Below are positions 17,491 through 26,988 of a stretch of 26,988 nt of DNA, piece after piece (positions within the stretch are counted from its first letter, which is position 1; each line of letters starts with the position of its first letter). The DNA comes from Planctomycetaceae bacterium (lineage in GTDB: Bacteria > Planctomycetota > Planctomycetia > Planctomycetales > Planctomycetaceae). The stretch spans positions 1 through 26,988 of the forward strand of contig DAORWD010000001.1 in assembly GCA_035434085.1 (NCBI GenBank), read 5' to 3'. The position numbers and the translations under genes are program-made. The notes beneath the pieces are model-generated. The model was not told the DNA's origin, made no database searches, and was given only the letters and a program-made list of their open reading frames with translations.

Positions 17491-19164
17491 TTAATGAATG
17501 AACACAAATTCATTCGAGTTCAGCAATGCCCAAAACAAGTCCTGATAGCCATTCAGTTTGTTGGTTCGGTAGCTGTTCCCGTTCAACATCTTCATGACCT
17601 TATTGAGTTCAAACTTGGTCGGATGACGACTGAGAGCCGCCATATACAACTCCTGTATTTTCTGAGGCTCCGTCCCCGGCTTACTAAACTCTTCAAACAG
17701 AAAACTTCCGCGTTCGACGCTGCAGGCTTTTTCAATTAACTCACTGTTCATCATCATCAAAGCCTGAGGAATCGTTCCATTGAACATTGTCGATTCGGCG
17801 TTCTCATCGTTGTCGAATGCGACCACAAACTGCTGCATCCATTTGCGACGCTGCTCTTCCTGAGCACTCCAGCCTCCACGGCCAGCCTGATGGGCGTTAC
17901 TGGCAACGATCAGCGAATCGTACATCTGTTCTGCCTGCATCTGCTTCAGATACATATGACTGAACAACGGCATTTCACCCGCAGCCGGATCATCGGACTT
18001 GTTCTTCTCGTTGAACTGACTCGTGAGTGCATAGGCTTCAGTGGCACAGATCGTGCGAATCAATTCTTTCAGATTGTAGCTACTGTTGACAAACTCACGC
18101 GACAACCGCTCCAGCAGTTCCGGATGACTGGCGGGATTGTGTGGCCCCATATCGTCCACGGGACGAGTGAATCCATATCCGAAGAAATGGCTCCACATGC
18201 GATTCACCATTGCTTGTGCGATATGCGGCGGCTGACCGTCAATTTCCTTCGTGAGCAATTTGCCAAACTCTATTCGGCGATCAGTATCCAGCCCAGGATC
18301 AACTTCCTGGCCTTCGAAACGCGGGAACGCCACCTGCATCATGCCGCTGCGTTTCTCGTAATAAACAGGTCCCTGAAAGTCCTGCCATACGACTTCTGAA
18401 TAGTCATCAACCATCCGCCCGGTGTTGGGATCCAGCTTTCGATGATCGCGCTTTCCAACCTGACGAAAAAAGCTGTTGTATTCCCAGAACTGATCCTGCT
18501 GCCACTTGTTGAACGGATGATTATGGCACTGTGTACACTGCACCTGAAGGCCAAGGAACAAACGCGTCGTCATCGCTGTAAGCTGAACTCCGTCGTCCTG
18601 ATTCTGCATCTGAGCCAGCGTGTAATTCACGGCACCATTCTCTTCGAAATGGCCCGAAGCCGTGACGGTATCGACGACAATTTCATTCCACGGACGATCC
18701 TTGGCAAATGCTTCGCGGAAGAACTTCTCCATCCCGACTCGGCTGACTCGACGCGGCGTAGCTCGACCAATCGTGTTGTTTGTCCAGACTGTCGTGAAAT
18801 TTCGGACGTAGTCCTCATCGGCAAGCAGCTTTTCGATCAGCACGAAGCGCTTGCGGGGACTTTTGTCATCCAGGAAGGCCTTCGTTTCTTCAAGAGTTGG
18901 AATACGCCCACACAGATCAAGGTAGATCCTGCGCACCCATTCCTCGCCTGATGCTGGCTCCGACGGAACGACTTCGTTGTCGGTCCAACCCTGACGCAAC
19001 TGCCCATCGACAAATTCGACGAGCGAACCTTCGGACGCTGCAGCGGGAACTGCCCCCTCGTCAGCAATTACGCGATCAAGAGAAATCAACCCCGCAGATG
19101 CCACTAGCGCCACCGCTGTGCAGACGATTCCAAAACGCGGTAACCGAACCCACTGAATCTTCAT
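17491..19164 (-). CDS. Secreted DUF1549/DUF1553 protein with CxxCH motif
   Basis: Signal-like N-terminus (MKIQW...AVALVASAGLI); EEWVRRIYLDLCGRIPT, CTQCHNHPF (18523-18537), MVNRMWSHFFGYGF, SHPELLERL, LFWALLNSNEFVFIH. Start reassigned to ATG 19164. Confidence 0.93.
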   Translation of the reverse strand: MKIQWVRLPRFGIVCTAVALVASAGLISLDRVIADEGAVPAAASEGSLVEFVDGQLRQGWTDNEVVPSEPASGEEWVRRIYLDLCGRIPTLEETKAFLDDKSPRKRFVLIEKLLADEDYVRNFTTVWTNNTIGRATPRRVSRVGMEKFFREAFAKDRPWNEIVVDTVTASGHFEENGAVNYTLAQMQNQDDGVQLTAMTTRLFLGLQVQCTQCHNHPFNKWQQDQFWEYNSFFRQVGKRDHRKLDPNTGRMVDDYSEVVWQDFQGPVYYEKRSGMMQVAFPRFEGQEVDPGLDTDRRIEFGKLLTKEIDGQPPHIAQAMVNRMWSHFFGYGFTRPVDDMGPHNPASHPELLERLSREFVNSSYNLKELIRTICATEAYALTSQFNEKNKSDDPAAGEMPLFSHMYLKQMQAEQMYDSLIVASNAHQAGRGGWSAQEEQRRKWMQQFVVAFDNDENAESTMFNGTIPQALMMMNSELIEKACSVERGSFLFEEFSKPGTEPQKIQELYMAALSRHPTKFELNKVMKMLNGNSYRTNKLNGYQDLFWALLNSNEFVFIH

Positions 19165-19659
19165 AAATTCACCCTGCATTGCCATGCGACTCCCGGAACT
19201 CCAACAATTCGAAAAACTGGCGGCACCAAATACAATACACCACACCCGGCTCCGGATGTTCGTGTGTTTCTAAAGGAATTCCACAGTATTCTACGGACTT
19301 CTGAACATTCCTGCATTCAATCACTGCTTTAGAAGCTCCGTTGTCGAAAAATCGCCCCATTCTTCTTTGCAGGATGTTCTGTTTCTGAATCACCAAAGAG
19401 CCGCGAAAAACTGAACGAATGAACATAATTTCGCTGCGTCATGCAGATCTTTCAGAACACTCCACGCTCCCCCAAATTCGGGTGTTATCTGCCAATACGT
19501 GGCAATCGAGTGAATCACAACCATCGCTGTCCTATACTCCTCACGTCGCGAATCAGTGCCTGTCGCCACTTGAACCGGTGTTTGGCGACTCAAGCCTGAC
19601 TTTCCGCCGAAGTTGATTTTTTTCGGTTTCCCAAAATCTCGTTTTTGAAAGTTATTTTC

Positions 19660-20502
19660 GTGCAACGCCCCCAAGGACATTTCACTCCGCTGCCTGAACC
19701 CACCGTCGTCATGTCCGAAGGCTGGCACTGCCTTCACATTTATTATCGCGTCAATCAGGCGGCTTTGCTGGCAATCGCCCCGCCGGATCGCGCTCATGGT
19801 CGAGCCGAAGTGATCGAAATCCTCAATCCGCAAGGGGACTATGTTCCAGCCCGAATGCAGGTCTCGGTCGTGTCCGGACACCGTGCTGATCTTGGCCTGA
19901 TGCTCATGGACGCAGATCCGCTCAAGATTGACGCCGTGGTTCAGCGGCTGCGGGCCAGTCACCTTGGAACTGTGCTCGAACCAACGTACTCATTCGTGTC
20001 GATCACCGAAGTGAGCGAATACGTCCCGACCCCCGAGCAATACGCCGAGCGACTGCAGCGAGAGGGAACTTCTGCGGATAGCCCCGCGTTTCAGGCTAAA
20101 TTGAACGCCTATCGGCAACGTTTGCCTGCGATGAATCAGCAACGCCTTTACCCGGACTTCCCGCCGTTTCCGGTGATGACGTTTTATCCCATGAACAAAG
20201 CGCGACATCCACTGGCGAACTGGTACGACGAGCCATTCAGTGTTCGCGGCGCACTTATGGCCGAGCACGCGACGTCCGGTATCAAGTTCGCGGGCCGTGT
20301 TTCGCAATTGATCACGGCGTCCACTGGATTTGACGACTGGGAATGGGGCGTGACGCTGTGGAGCCGAATGCCGGAATACGTTAAGGAGATTGTGTACACG
20401 ATGCGTTTCGACAAAGCCTCGGCTCGCTACGCAGAGTTCGGTCCTTTCTATGTCAGCTACATCATGTCCGCCCGTGAAGCTCTTGAGCACTTGAGAGTCT
20501 GA
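19660..20502 (+). CDS. chdC: Coproheme decarboxylase (HemQ/ChdC; chlorite dismutase superfamily)
   Basis: EGWHCLH, GHRADLGLM, SFVSITEVSEY, FYPMNKAR...NWY...R..LMAEH, STGFDDWEWGVTL, KEIVYTMRFD..SARYAEFGPFYV. Start is uncertain (GTG 19660 or ATG 19711). Confidence 0.85.
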   Translation: MQRPQGHFTPLPEPTVVMSEGWHCLHIYYRVNQAALLAIAPPDRAHGRAEVIEILNPQGDYVPARMQVSVVSGHRADLGLMLMDADPLKIDAVVQRLRASHLGTVLEPTYSFVSITEVSEYVPTPEQYAERLQREGTSADSPAFQAKLNAYRQRLPAMNQQRLYPDFPPFPVMTFYPMNKARHPLANWYDEPFSVRGALMAEHATSGIKFAGRVSQLITASTGFDDWEWGVTLWSRMPEYVKEIVYTMRFDKASARYAEFGPFYVSYIMSAREALEHLRV

Positions 20503-20547
20503 AGCCATCGGAGTCGCTACTGTCCGCAGTTTCAAATCTGAGATCTC

Positions 20548-21756
20548 ATGTCACTCAAAATGCCGCGTTACGATATTGCAATCATTGGTGGTGGTATTGT
20601 TGGACTGGCGACCGCGTGGCAATTGACGCGATTGAAGCCCGGAGTGAAACTGATTGTTGTCGAAAAAGAATCGACGTTGGCGTTTCATCAGACCGGTCGC
20701 AATTCGGGGGTTATTCATTCGGGAATCTATTATCGCCCGGGCTCACTGCGCGCCCGCAACTGCCGAGAAGGCAAGTCCGCGCTGGAAGCATTCTGTGACG
20801 AATACGGCGTGGCATGGCAGCGCACTGGGAAGGTCATTGTCGCCACGCACGAAAGCCAGTTGCCTCAGCTGCGAACGATCTTTGATCGCGGGCAGCAGAA
20901 CGGCGTCGAATGTTCCATGATCGGCGTTGACCGCCTCAAGGAGTTGGAACCGCATTGTGCAGGAATCGAAGCGATTCATGTTCCAGAGTCCGGAATCGTT
21001 GACTACCCCGGCGTTTGCCAAAAGCTGGGAGAACTCATCCAGTCCGTCGATGGAGAGATCCGCCTCAATTGCCGCGTGAACGCGATTGATCAACACACGG
21101 ATTTTGTCGGTCTCAAGACTTCACAAGGCGACATCGAAGCCGCTCAGGTGATCAATTGCGGCGGTCTGCACAGTGATCGGATCGCGCGACAAAGTGGATT
21201 GAAGATGAAGGAACGAATTATTCCTTTCCGTGGTGAGTATTTCGAACTGAAACCCGCTGCTCATCACTTGTGTCGGACACTGATCTACCCTGTCCCGGAT
21301 CTGCGATTTCCATTTCTCGGCGTCCATTTTACCCGCATGATCCACGGCGGAGTTGAATGCGGACCAAATGCCGTTTTCGCCCTTGCCCGAGAAGGCTACA
21401 ACTGGCGTACGATCAATCTGCGAGACGTTTTTGAATCCCTGACCTACCCAGGTTTTTTTCGGCTCGCCATGCGCAACTGGAAAACGGGACTTGGCGAAGT
21501 CTGGCGGTCGCTGTCTAAAGCGGCATTCGTGCGCGCACTCCAGGTGCTGGTCCCTGAAATCCGGGCTGAGCATTTGCATTCCGCGCCCGCTGGAGTACGC
21601 GCTCAGGCACTGGGGATGGATGGCAAATTGCTCGACGACTTCGTGATTCTTCGTCACGAGCGAGTGATCAACGTCTGCAATGCACCGTCACCCGCAGCGA
21701 CGGCGTCCCTGAATATCGGCAAGCATATTGCTGAGCAGGCGGTCGGGCTTTCCTGA
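20548..21756 (+). CDS. lhgO: L-2-hydroxyglutarate oxidase (FAD-dependent)
   Basis: [79 protein letters not shown]. Confidence 0.93.
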   Translation: MSLKMPRYDIAIIGGGIVGLATAWQLTRLKPGVKLIVVEKESTLAFHQTGRNSGVIHSGIYYRPGSLRARNCREGKSALEAFCDEYGVAWQRTGKVIVATHESQLPQLRTIFDRGQQNGVECSMIGVDRLKELEPHCAGIEAIHVPESGIVDYPGVCQKLGELIQSVDGEIRLNCRVNAIDQHTDFVGLKTSQGDIEAAQVINCGGLHSDRIARQSGLKMKERIIPFRGEYFELKPAAHHLCRTLIYPVPDLRFPFLGVHFTRMIHGGVECGPNAVFALAREGYNWRTINLRDVFESLTYPGFFRLAMRNWKTGLGEVWRSLSKAAFVRALQVLVPEIRAEHLHSAPAGVRAQALGMDGKLLDDFVILRHERVINVCNAPSPAATASLNIGKHIAEQAVGLS

Positions 21757-21910
21757 TAATGTTTAAGGGACTTGAAATACCGGTCGGGATTCATTCCCTC
21801 GATTTCGCTCAGGACTGGAAAATCGCGGCGGGTTCGCGAGAATGCAGGCGTGATTTTCTGAATGTCGTTTGCGCCATTCAGCCTTTCAATTTTTTTGGGA
21901 TCCAAGTTCA

Positions 21911-23971
21911 ATGAGTTCGACACGACACATATTCAATCTCCTGCGAATTTCCTCGCTTTTAAGTCTGACAATACTCGCTTGTCCGATTTTCGCTGACGAC
22001 GTGAGGCTCGATTCAGGTATCGATCCAGATGGTTTTGACACAACTGTGCGCCCCCAGGATGATCTGTTTCTGCATGTGAATGGTCGCTGGCTTCTGAAGA
22101 CAGAGATTCCTCCCGACAAATCCAACTACGGATCATTCACGGCACTGGACGATGCTGCTCGGGAGAACATCCGGACCATCATTGAAGAGTCCGTGAAGAA
22201 TCCGACCGACGCGAACAGTCAAAAGGTCGGTGACTTCTATCGCAGCTTTATGAATGAAAAGCTGATTGCTGAAAAAGGATTGCAGCCACTGGAGCAAAGA
22301 CTTGCGGCGATCGATTCGCTGACCACCACAGATGATGTGGTCAAATACTTCGGCCAGGTCAACATCGTCGGCATTGGAAGTCCATTCGGATTTGGGATCG
22401 GGACTGACGACAAAAATTCGTCGCGCTATCTGGCGGCGATTTCTCAGGGCGGAACGACGCTGCCGGACCGCGACTACTATCTGGAAGAGGACGAAAAATA
22501 CACACAGGCTCGCGCGGCACTGAAAGCCTACATCCAAAAACTGTACGAACTCGCGAAATTGCCGGACGGTGACACTGCCGCCGAAAACATCCTGACGCTG
22601 GAAACGGCTCTGGCAGAGGCCCAGTGGTCGCGAACCGAACTCCGTGATGCCGAGAAACGTTACAACCTCTATCAGGTTACGGATCTGAACAGGATTTCCG
22701 CAAAGCTGCCATGGTCAGCATTCTTCACAGCAGTGGGTGCGCCGCGACTGGAAGAAGTCAATGTCATGACACCCAGCTTTTTTGCCGCCCTGGAAAACAT
22801 TCTGGAAGAAACGCCGGTCGATACATGGAAACAGTACTGTCGATTTCGGTTGCTGGACGCAGCGGCAGACTATTTATCAACAGACTTCGTGGATGCCCAC
22901 TTTGAACTGCATGACCGCGCAATCACAGGCGTGCCCGAGCAGCAACCTCGCTGGAAACGCGCGGTGGATGCAACCTCCGGTGCCGGCGCGGGCGATTTTG
23001 GGGTCCTGGGCGAAGCTCTGGGACAACTGTATGTGCAGCGCTACTTTCCCGCCGAATCTCGCCGTCGGATGGATGAGCTGGTTGGAAATCTGCTCAAGAC
23101 CTACGAACAGAGCATCTATGAACTTTCATGGATGACTGAGGCAACGAAGGAAAAGGCACTCCATAAACTGAGCAAAATCACCACAAAAATCGGATACCCG
23201 AACAAATGGCGGGACTATTCAAAACTCGAAATCCGCCCTGATGACTTGCTTGGAAACATGACCCGTTCCGCTGAATTCGAACATTATCGGCAGCTGAATC
23301 GACTCAACGAACCTGTCGATCGCGCGGAGTGGGGCATGACGCCTCAGACCGTCAACGCTTACTACAATCCCAGCATGAACGAGATTGTGTTCCCCGCTGC
23401 CATCCTGCAGCCGCCGTTCTTTGATGCGAAAGCGGATGACGCCGCCAACTATGGTGGCATTGGTGCCGTGATTGGTCACGAAATCAGCCACGGTTTTGAT
23501 GACGAAGGCAGCAAATATGATGGCGATGGCAATCTTCAGAATTGGTGGACGGAAGCAGACCGCACGGCGTTCGAGGAACTTACCGGTCGGCTGGTTGCGC
23601 AATTTGATGGCTACGAGCCTTTGCCCGGACGCAAGCTGAACGGCAAGTTGACGCTTGGCGAAAACATCGCCGACCTCAGCGGCATGGCAATTGCCTACAA
23701 GGCCTATCGGATGTCACTCGGAGACAAAGAAGGTCCCGTGCTTGATGGACACACATCGGCGCAACGGTTCTTTCTCAGCTGGGCTCAGATCTGGCGTCGC
23801 AAATATCGTGAAGACGAACTCATTCGTCGTCTGGTGATCGATCCACATTCCCCGTCGAGTTTTCGAGCGAACGGTCCGATCTCCAACCTGGATGCATTCT
23901 ACGATGCCTTTGACGTGAGGTCCGGTGATAAACTGTTCAAGCCCAGGGCGGCTCGCATTCAAATCTGGTAA
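21911..23971 (+). CDS. Secreted M13 family zinc metallopeptidase (neprilysin/PepO-like)
   Basis: Signal peptide; VNAYYNP..NEIVFPAAILQPPFF, zinc motif GHEISHGFD, GENIAD, DPHSP..FR.NG. Start reassigned to ATG 21911. Confidence 0.96.
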   Translation: MSSTRHIFNLLRISSLLSLTILACPIFADDVRLDSGIDPDGFDTTVRPQDDLFLHVNGRWLLKTEIPPDKSNYGSFTALDDAARENIRTIIEESVKNPTDANSQKVGDFYRSFMNEKLIAEKGLQPLEQRLAAIDSLTTTDDVVKYFGQVNIVGIGSPFGFGIGTDDKNSSRYLAAISQGGTTLPDRDYYLEEDEKYTQARAALKAYIQKLYELAKLPDGDTAAENILTLETALAEAQWSRTELRDAEKRYNLYQVTDLNRISAKLPWSAFFTAVGAPRLEEVNVMTPSFFAALENILEETPVDTWKQYCRFRLLDAAADYLSTDFVDAHFELHDRAITGVPEQQPRWKRAVDATSGAGAGDFGVLGEALGQLYVQRYFPAESRRRMDELVGNLLKTYEQSIYELSWMTEATKEKALHKLSKITTKIGYPNKWRDYSKLEIRPDDLLGNMTRSAEFEHYRQLNRLNEPVDRAEWGMTPQTVNAYYNPSMNEIVFPAAILQPPFFDAKADDAANYGGIGAVIGHEISHGFDDEGSKYDGDGNLQNWWTEADRTAFEELTGRLVAQFDGYEPLPGRKLNGKLTLGENIADLSGMAIAYKAYRMSLGDKEGPVLDGHTSAQRFFLSWAQIWRRKYREDELIRRLVIDPHSPSSFRANGPISNLDAFYDAFDVRSGDKLFKPRAARIQIW

Positions 23972-24016
23972 GCTGTTGCCCTGTCCAACGTGTCGTGTGG
24001 ATGTTCTCAAGGAAAC

Positions 24017-25252
24017 ATGAGTATGAAAATTCGCCCTTTGGCTGCCATGGCTCCGGCCCTGAAGCCAGCGCGATCGAGGAGAATATTCACAAAAATTGGT
24101 ATCGTGCTTGCGATGTTCGCTGCTGCATTGACTGGCAGAGTTCACGGTGATGATACTTCCGACGCCATCGCCGTGCTTCGATCTGTTCAGCCGGGGGCCG
24201 TCGATTCTGCCAAGGCCCGGAAAGCCGTCGATCAGTTGACTTCCACCGGCGCACAAGCCTTGATTCCTTTGTTGCACGGCTGTCGCGATGCCAGTCCGCT
24301 GGCAGAGAATTGGCTTCGAAATGCGTTTGAACAAATCGTGGATCAAGAAACCAAAGCCGGTCAAAAACTGCCTCAACAAGGACTGGAGGCATTCGTGAAG
24401 GATCAGAATCAGTCTCCGTCTGCCAGGCGTCTGGTTTACGAGACGCTCAAACGGTCCGACGCTGGAATTGAAGACCGATTGATTCCGAAAATGCTGCTGG
24501 ACTCCAGTCCCGAATTTCGGCGGGACGCGGTGGCGCGACTTATTGGTGAAGCGAGTGAAGTCACCGACGCGACCAAAGCCACAGCACTCTACCGTCAAGC
24601 CTTCAGTGGAGCCGTGCATGAGGATCAGGTCAAGATAATTTCTGACGCTCTCCGCAAGCAGGGCGAACAGGTTGATGTTCAGACGCACTTTGGCTTCCTG
24701 TCGGAGTGGTCGATCGTCGGGCCGTTTGATAACAGGGAAGAAAAAGGTTTGGCGATTGCATACGGACCTGAGCTGGACATTGAGTCGGGCAAGGCTCCTG
24801 ATCCGCAGGCGGAATACGACGGACAGCTCAGCAAGGTTCGCTGGCAGGCGATCACCACGAAAGATGACTACGGTGTGGTCGATATTGCAAAGCAGATTGA
24901 GAACTATAAGGGCTCTCTGATGTATGCAATGACGATCTGGAAAAGTGACAAAGATCAACAAGTTGAGGTTCGTCTGGGCACGCCCAATTCGTGGAAGCTG
25001 TGGGTGAATGGCAAGTTGGTATTTGAACGCGAAGAGTATCACCGCAATTCGCTGTTGGACCAGTACCGCGTTCCTGTCCTGATGAAGGCGGGCGCAAATA
25101 CACTCATGCTGAAAATTTGCCAGAACGAACAGCCTCAGGACTGGGCTCAGCGGTATCAGTTTCAGATGCGAATTTGCACGAGCACTGGTTCCGCAATCAA
25201 GCCATCGACCAGCACGGCGCGCAACGAAACCAGGTCAGGAGTTCAGCCGTGA
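24017..25252 (+). CDS. Hypothetical exported protein (helical HEAT-like N-half, beta-sandwich C-half)
   Basis: Long ORF with a hydrophobic signal-like segment and an AGGA RBS before ATG 24017. The C-terminal part WSIVGPFDN...VRLGTPNSWKLWVNG..VF...GANTLMLKICQ resembles a jelly-roll domain common in PVC bacteria. The stop overlaps the next start (GTGA). Confidence 0.75.
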   Translation: MSMKIRPLAAMAPALKPARSRRIFTKIGIVLAMFAAALTGRVHGDDTSDAIAVLRSVQPGAVDSAKARKAVDQLTSTGAQALIPLLHGCRDASPLAENWLRNAFEQIVDQETKAGQKLPQQGLEAFVKDQNQSPSARRLVYETLKRSDAGIEDRLIPKMLLDSSPEFRRDAVARLIGEASEVTDATKATALYRQAFSGAVHEDQVKIISDALRKQGEQVDVQTHFGFLSEWSIVGPFDNREEKGLAIAYGPELDIESGKAPDPQAEYDGQLSKVRWQAITTKDDYGVVDIAKQIENYKGSLMYAMTIWKSDKDQQVEVRLGTPNSWKLWVNGKLVFEREEYHRNSLLDQYRVPVLMKAGANTLMLKICQNEQPQDWAQRYQFQMRICTSTGSAIKPSTSTARNETRSGVQP

Positions 25253-26457
25253 AGTCGATCCACACGATTCTGCTCATCTCCGCGACATTGATTTCGGTGT
25301 CGCATGCGGCGGACTGGCGACAGTTTCGCGGCAACGCTGCGAACTCCGTGGCCACCGGTGAGTCCCTGCCAACGGAATTCAGTGGTGATACGATTGCCTG
25401 GAAGGCCGACTTGCCCGGTCGTGGTCTTTCAGGGCCGATCATCGTGGGTGAGCAGGTCTTTGTGTCATCCAGTTCCGGGTACACGCAGGATCGACTCCAC
25501 GTGATTGGCATTGATGCGGCAAACGGTCACCAACAGTGGGAGCGGCAGTTTATTGCAACAGGCCGTACGATAACGCACGACAAGATGTGCAACGCAACCC
25601 CCACGATGGCCAGCGATGGCCAACGAGTGTTTGCGTTCTTTTCGAGCAACGACTTGATCTGCCTGGACCTTGCGGGAAATCTACAGTGGATGCGAGGACT
25701 CGGCAGCGAGTTTCCCAACGCCAGCAACAGTCTGGGAATGGCATCGTCACCTGTTGTTGTTGGATCAACAGTCGTCGTGCAAGTGGAAAGCGATGCTGAA
25801 TCTTTCGCGTGCGGAGTTGACGCTGAATCAGGTGTCACGATCTGGCAAATTGACCGCCCCCACGCGGCCAACTGGACGTCGCCATCGATTTTGCAGGCGA
25901 CCGATCATCAACCGGCACTTGTCCTGCTTCAATCCTCAAAGGGGCTGACGGCTGTGGATCCTGTCTCCGGCACCGTCGCATGGGATTTCGATAAAGGCGC
26001 ATCCACGATTCCTTCCGCAACGGTGGACGCTGGTTCTGTCGTCATCCCCTCAAATGGGCTGACTGCAATTCGACCAGGGGCTGATAATAAATTTGAGTTG
26101 CTCTGGAATTCATCGGAAATCAACCCCGCGACCTCGAGTCCGATAGTCGTCAATGGTTTAGCATTTGCGTTAAACAAAGGCGGAGTGTTGTCGGCAGGTG
26201 ACGCGGGTACTGGTGAGCGGCTGTGGCAACTTCGACTCCGGGGCTCATTCAGCAGTACTCCAATCACTGCCAACGGCTTTCTTTACCTCTTCAATGAGGA
26301 CGGAAATGCGTTCGTCGTCAAACCGGACCGAGACAAAGGCACGATCGTGTCGCAACTGGACCTGACCGAGAAAATCCTGTGCAGCCCCGGCGCTGCAAAC
26401 GGAGCATTGTACGTCCGCAGTGATCAACATCTCTTCAAGATTGCGAAACGGCCGTAA
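25249..26457 (+). CDS. PQQ-binding-like beta-propeller repeat protein (BamB-like)
   Basis: GTG start coupled to the upstream stop; signal peptide followed by DWRQFRG; repeated W-containing blades (IAWKADLPGRGLSGPII, SSPVVVG, SSPIVVNG, SSTPITANG). Confidence 0.92.
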   Translation: MKSIHTILLISATLISVSHAADWRQFRGNAANSVATGESLPTEFSGDTIAWKADLPGRGLSGPIIVGEQVFVSSSSGYTQDRLHVIGIDAANGHQQWERQFIATGRTITHDKMCNATPTMASDGQRVFAFFSSNDLICLDLAGNLQWMRGLGSEFPNASNSLGMASSPVVVGSTVVVQVESDAESFACGVDAESGVTIWQIDRPHAANWTSPSILQATDHQPALVLLQSSKGLTAVDPVSGTVAWDFDKGASTIPSATVDAGSVVIPSNGLTAIRPGADNKFELLWNSSEINPATSSPIVVNGLAFALNKGGVLSAGDAGTGERLWQLRLRGSFSSTPITANGFLYLFNEDGNAFVVKPDRDKGTIVSQLDLTEKILCSPGAANGALYVRSDQHLFKIAKRP

Positions 26458-26561
26458 CTCAAAGATTGACGAATTTGTGGGCGGATCGTGATTGCGGATC
26501 GGCGTCGATTTATCACGCGGGAAACATTGGCCATCTGTGCCGACCTGGAACAGAACTTATC

Positions 26562-26988
26562 ATGTCGGCACCTCATTTGTTTGCTCCACTTTCCAACGCC
26601 AACTCCAAAGCCGCCTCGCAGGATCCGAGGGCGGCATATCGGGCGCGGCAGGAAGAAATCTCGGTGCAGGTCAGGAAACTTACTCGCCGCGATAAGCGAT
26701 TTGTGCGCCTCCGCGTCGGGATTTTTCTCCTCGGGATTGGCCTGGCCATTCTGTGTCTTGGCGAGCCGGAATATGTTTCCTGGTGGTGGATTACGATCCC
26801 GGTGGGACTGTTTACCGCGCTGTTGCCATTTCATCAGTCCTGTTTGAAACGCTTGAAACGTGCCCATGCTGTTGGCTCGTTTCATGCCGGTCGATTGAGA
26901 AGGCTGGATCGGGAATTTGGCGTCGATGTTTCCAACGGCGCGGAATTCGCCAATGATTCCCATCCATGGACGCAGGATCTGGATGTCT
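26562..26988 (+). CDS. Partial membrane-anchored MutS-related ATPase (runs off the window end)
   Basis: Open frame from ATG 26562 to the window end, absent from the ORF track: MSAPHLF...RLRVGIFLLGIGLAILCL...WWWITIPVGLFTALLPFHQ...GAEFANDSHPWTQDLDV. Two TM segments followed by 'G.EF...HP...DLD' are typical of the N-terminus of these proteins. The ATPase domain itself lies outside the window. Confidence 0.7.
   Translation, partial: MSAPHLFAPLSNANSKAASQDPRAAYRARQEEISVQVRKLTRRDKRFVRLRVGIFLLGIGLAILCLGEPEYVSWWWITIPVGLFTALLPFHQSCLKRLKRAHAVGSFHAGRLRRLDREFGVDVSNGAEFANDSHPWTQDLDV

Noticed and set aside
19165-19659. ECF-type promoter upstream of the DUF1549/1553 gene
   Set aside because: GGAAT-like hexamers are present, but I found no convincing -10 element at canonical spacing, and the cognate consensus is unknown.
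26424-26963. 179-aa minus-strand ORF at the window end
   Set aside because: The + strand frame from 26562 has TM segments and a family-typical motif, so it explains the region better.

Overview
A ~27 kb window, most likely from a planctomycete (inferred from DUF1549/DUF1553 and DUF1501 genes, a Rhodopirellula/Verrucomicrobium-type ECF sigma and a DWxQFRG PQQ-type propeller). The housekeeping backbone is nusB, ribH, rho, coaE, a phospho-sugar mutase, dihydroorotase, a hemolysin-III family protein, idi, chdC/hemQ, lhgO, an M13 peptidase, a PQQ-type propeller and a partial membrane-anchored MutS-like ATPase that the ORF track missed. Three accessory items stand out. (1) An internally deleted HUH/RAYT-like transposase lies beside a ~330 bp palindromic cluster of four covarying hairpin repeats, and two more copies of that repeat occur 12 kb away. 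(2) A GC-richer LRR-Roc-COR-TIR gene is bracketed by an IS1182-like remnant on one side and by the repeat doublet plus an amino-acid permease fragment on the other. (3) A DUF1549/1553 - DUF1501 - ECF sigma - anti-sigma cluster has an anti-sigma whose extracytoplasmic part is a paralog of the first gene. All family assignments come from motif recognition by eye; no database search was run.
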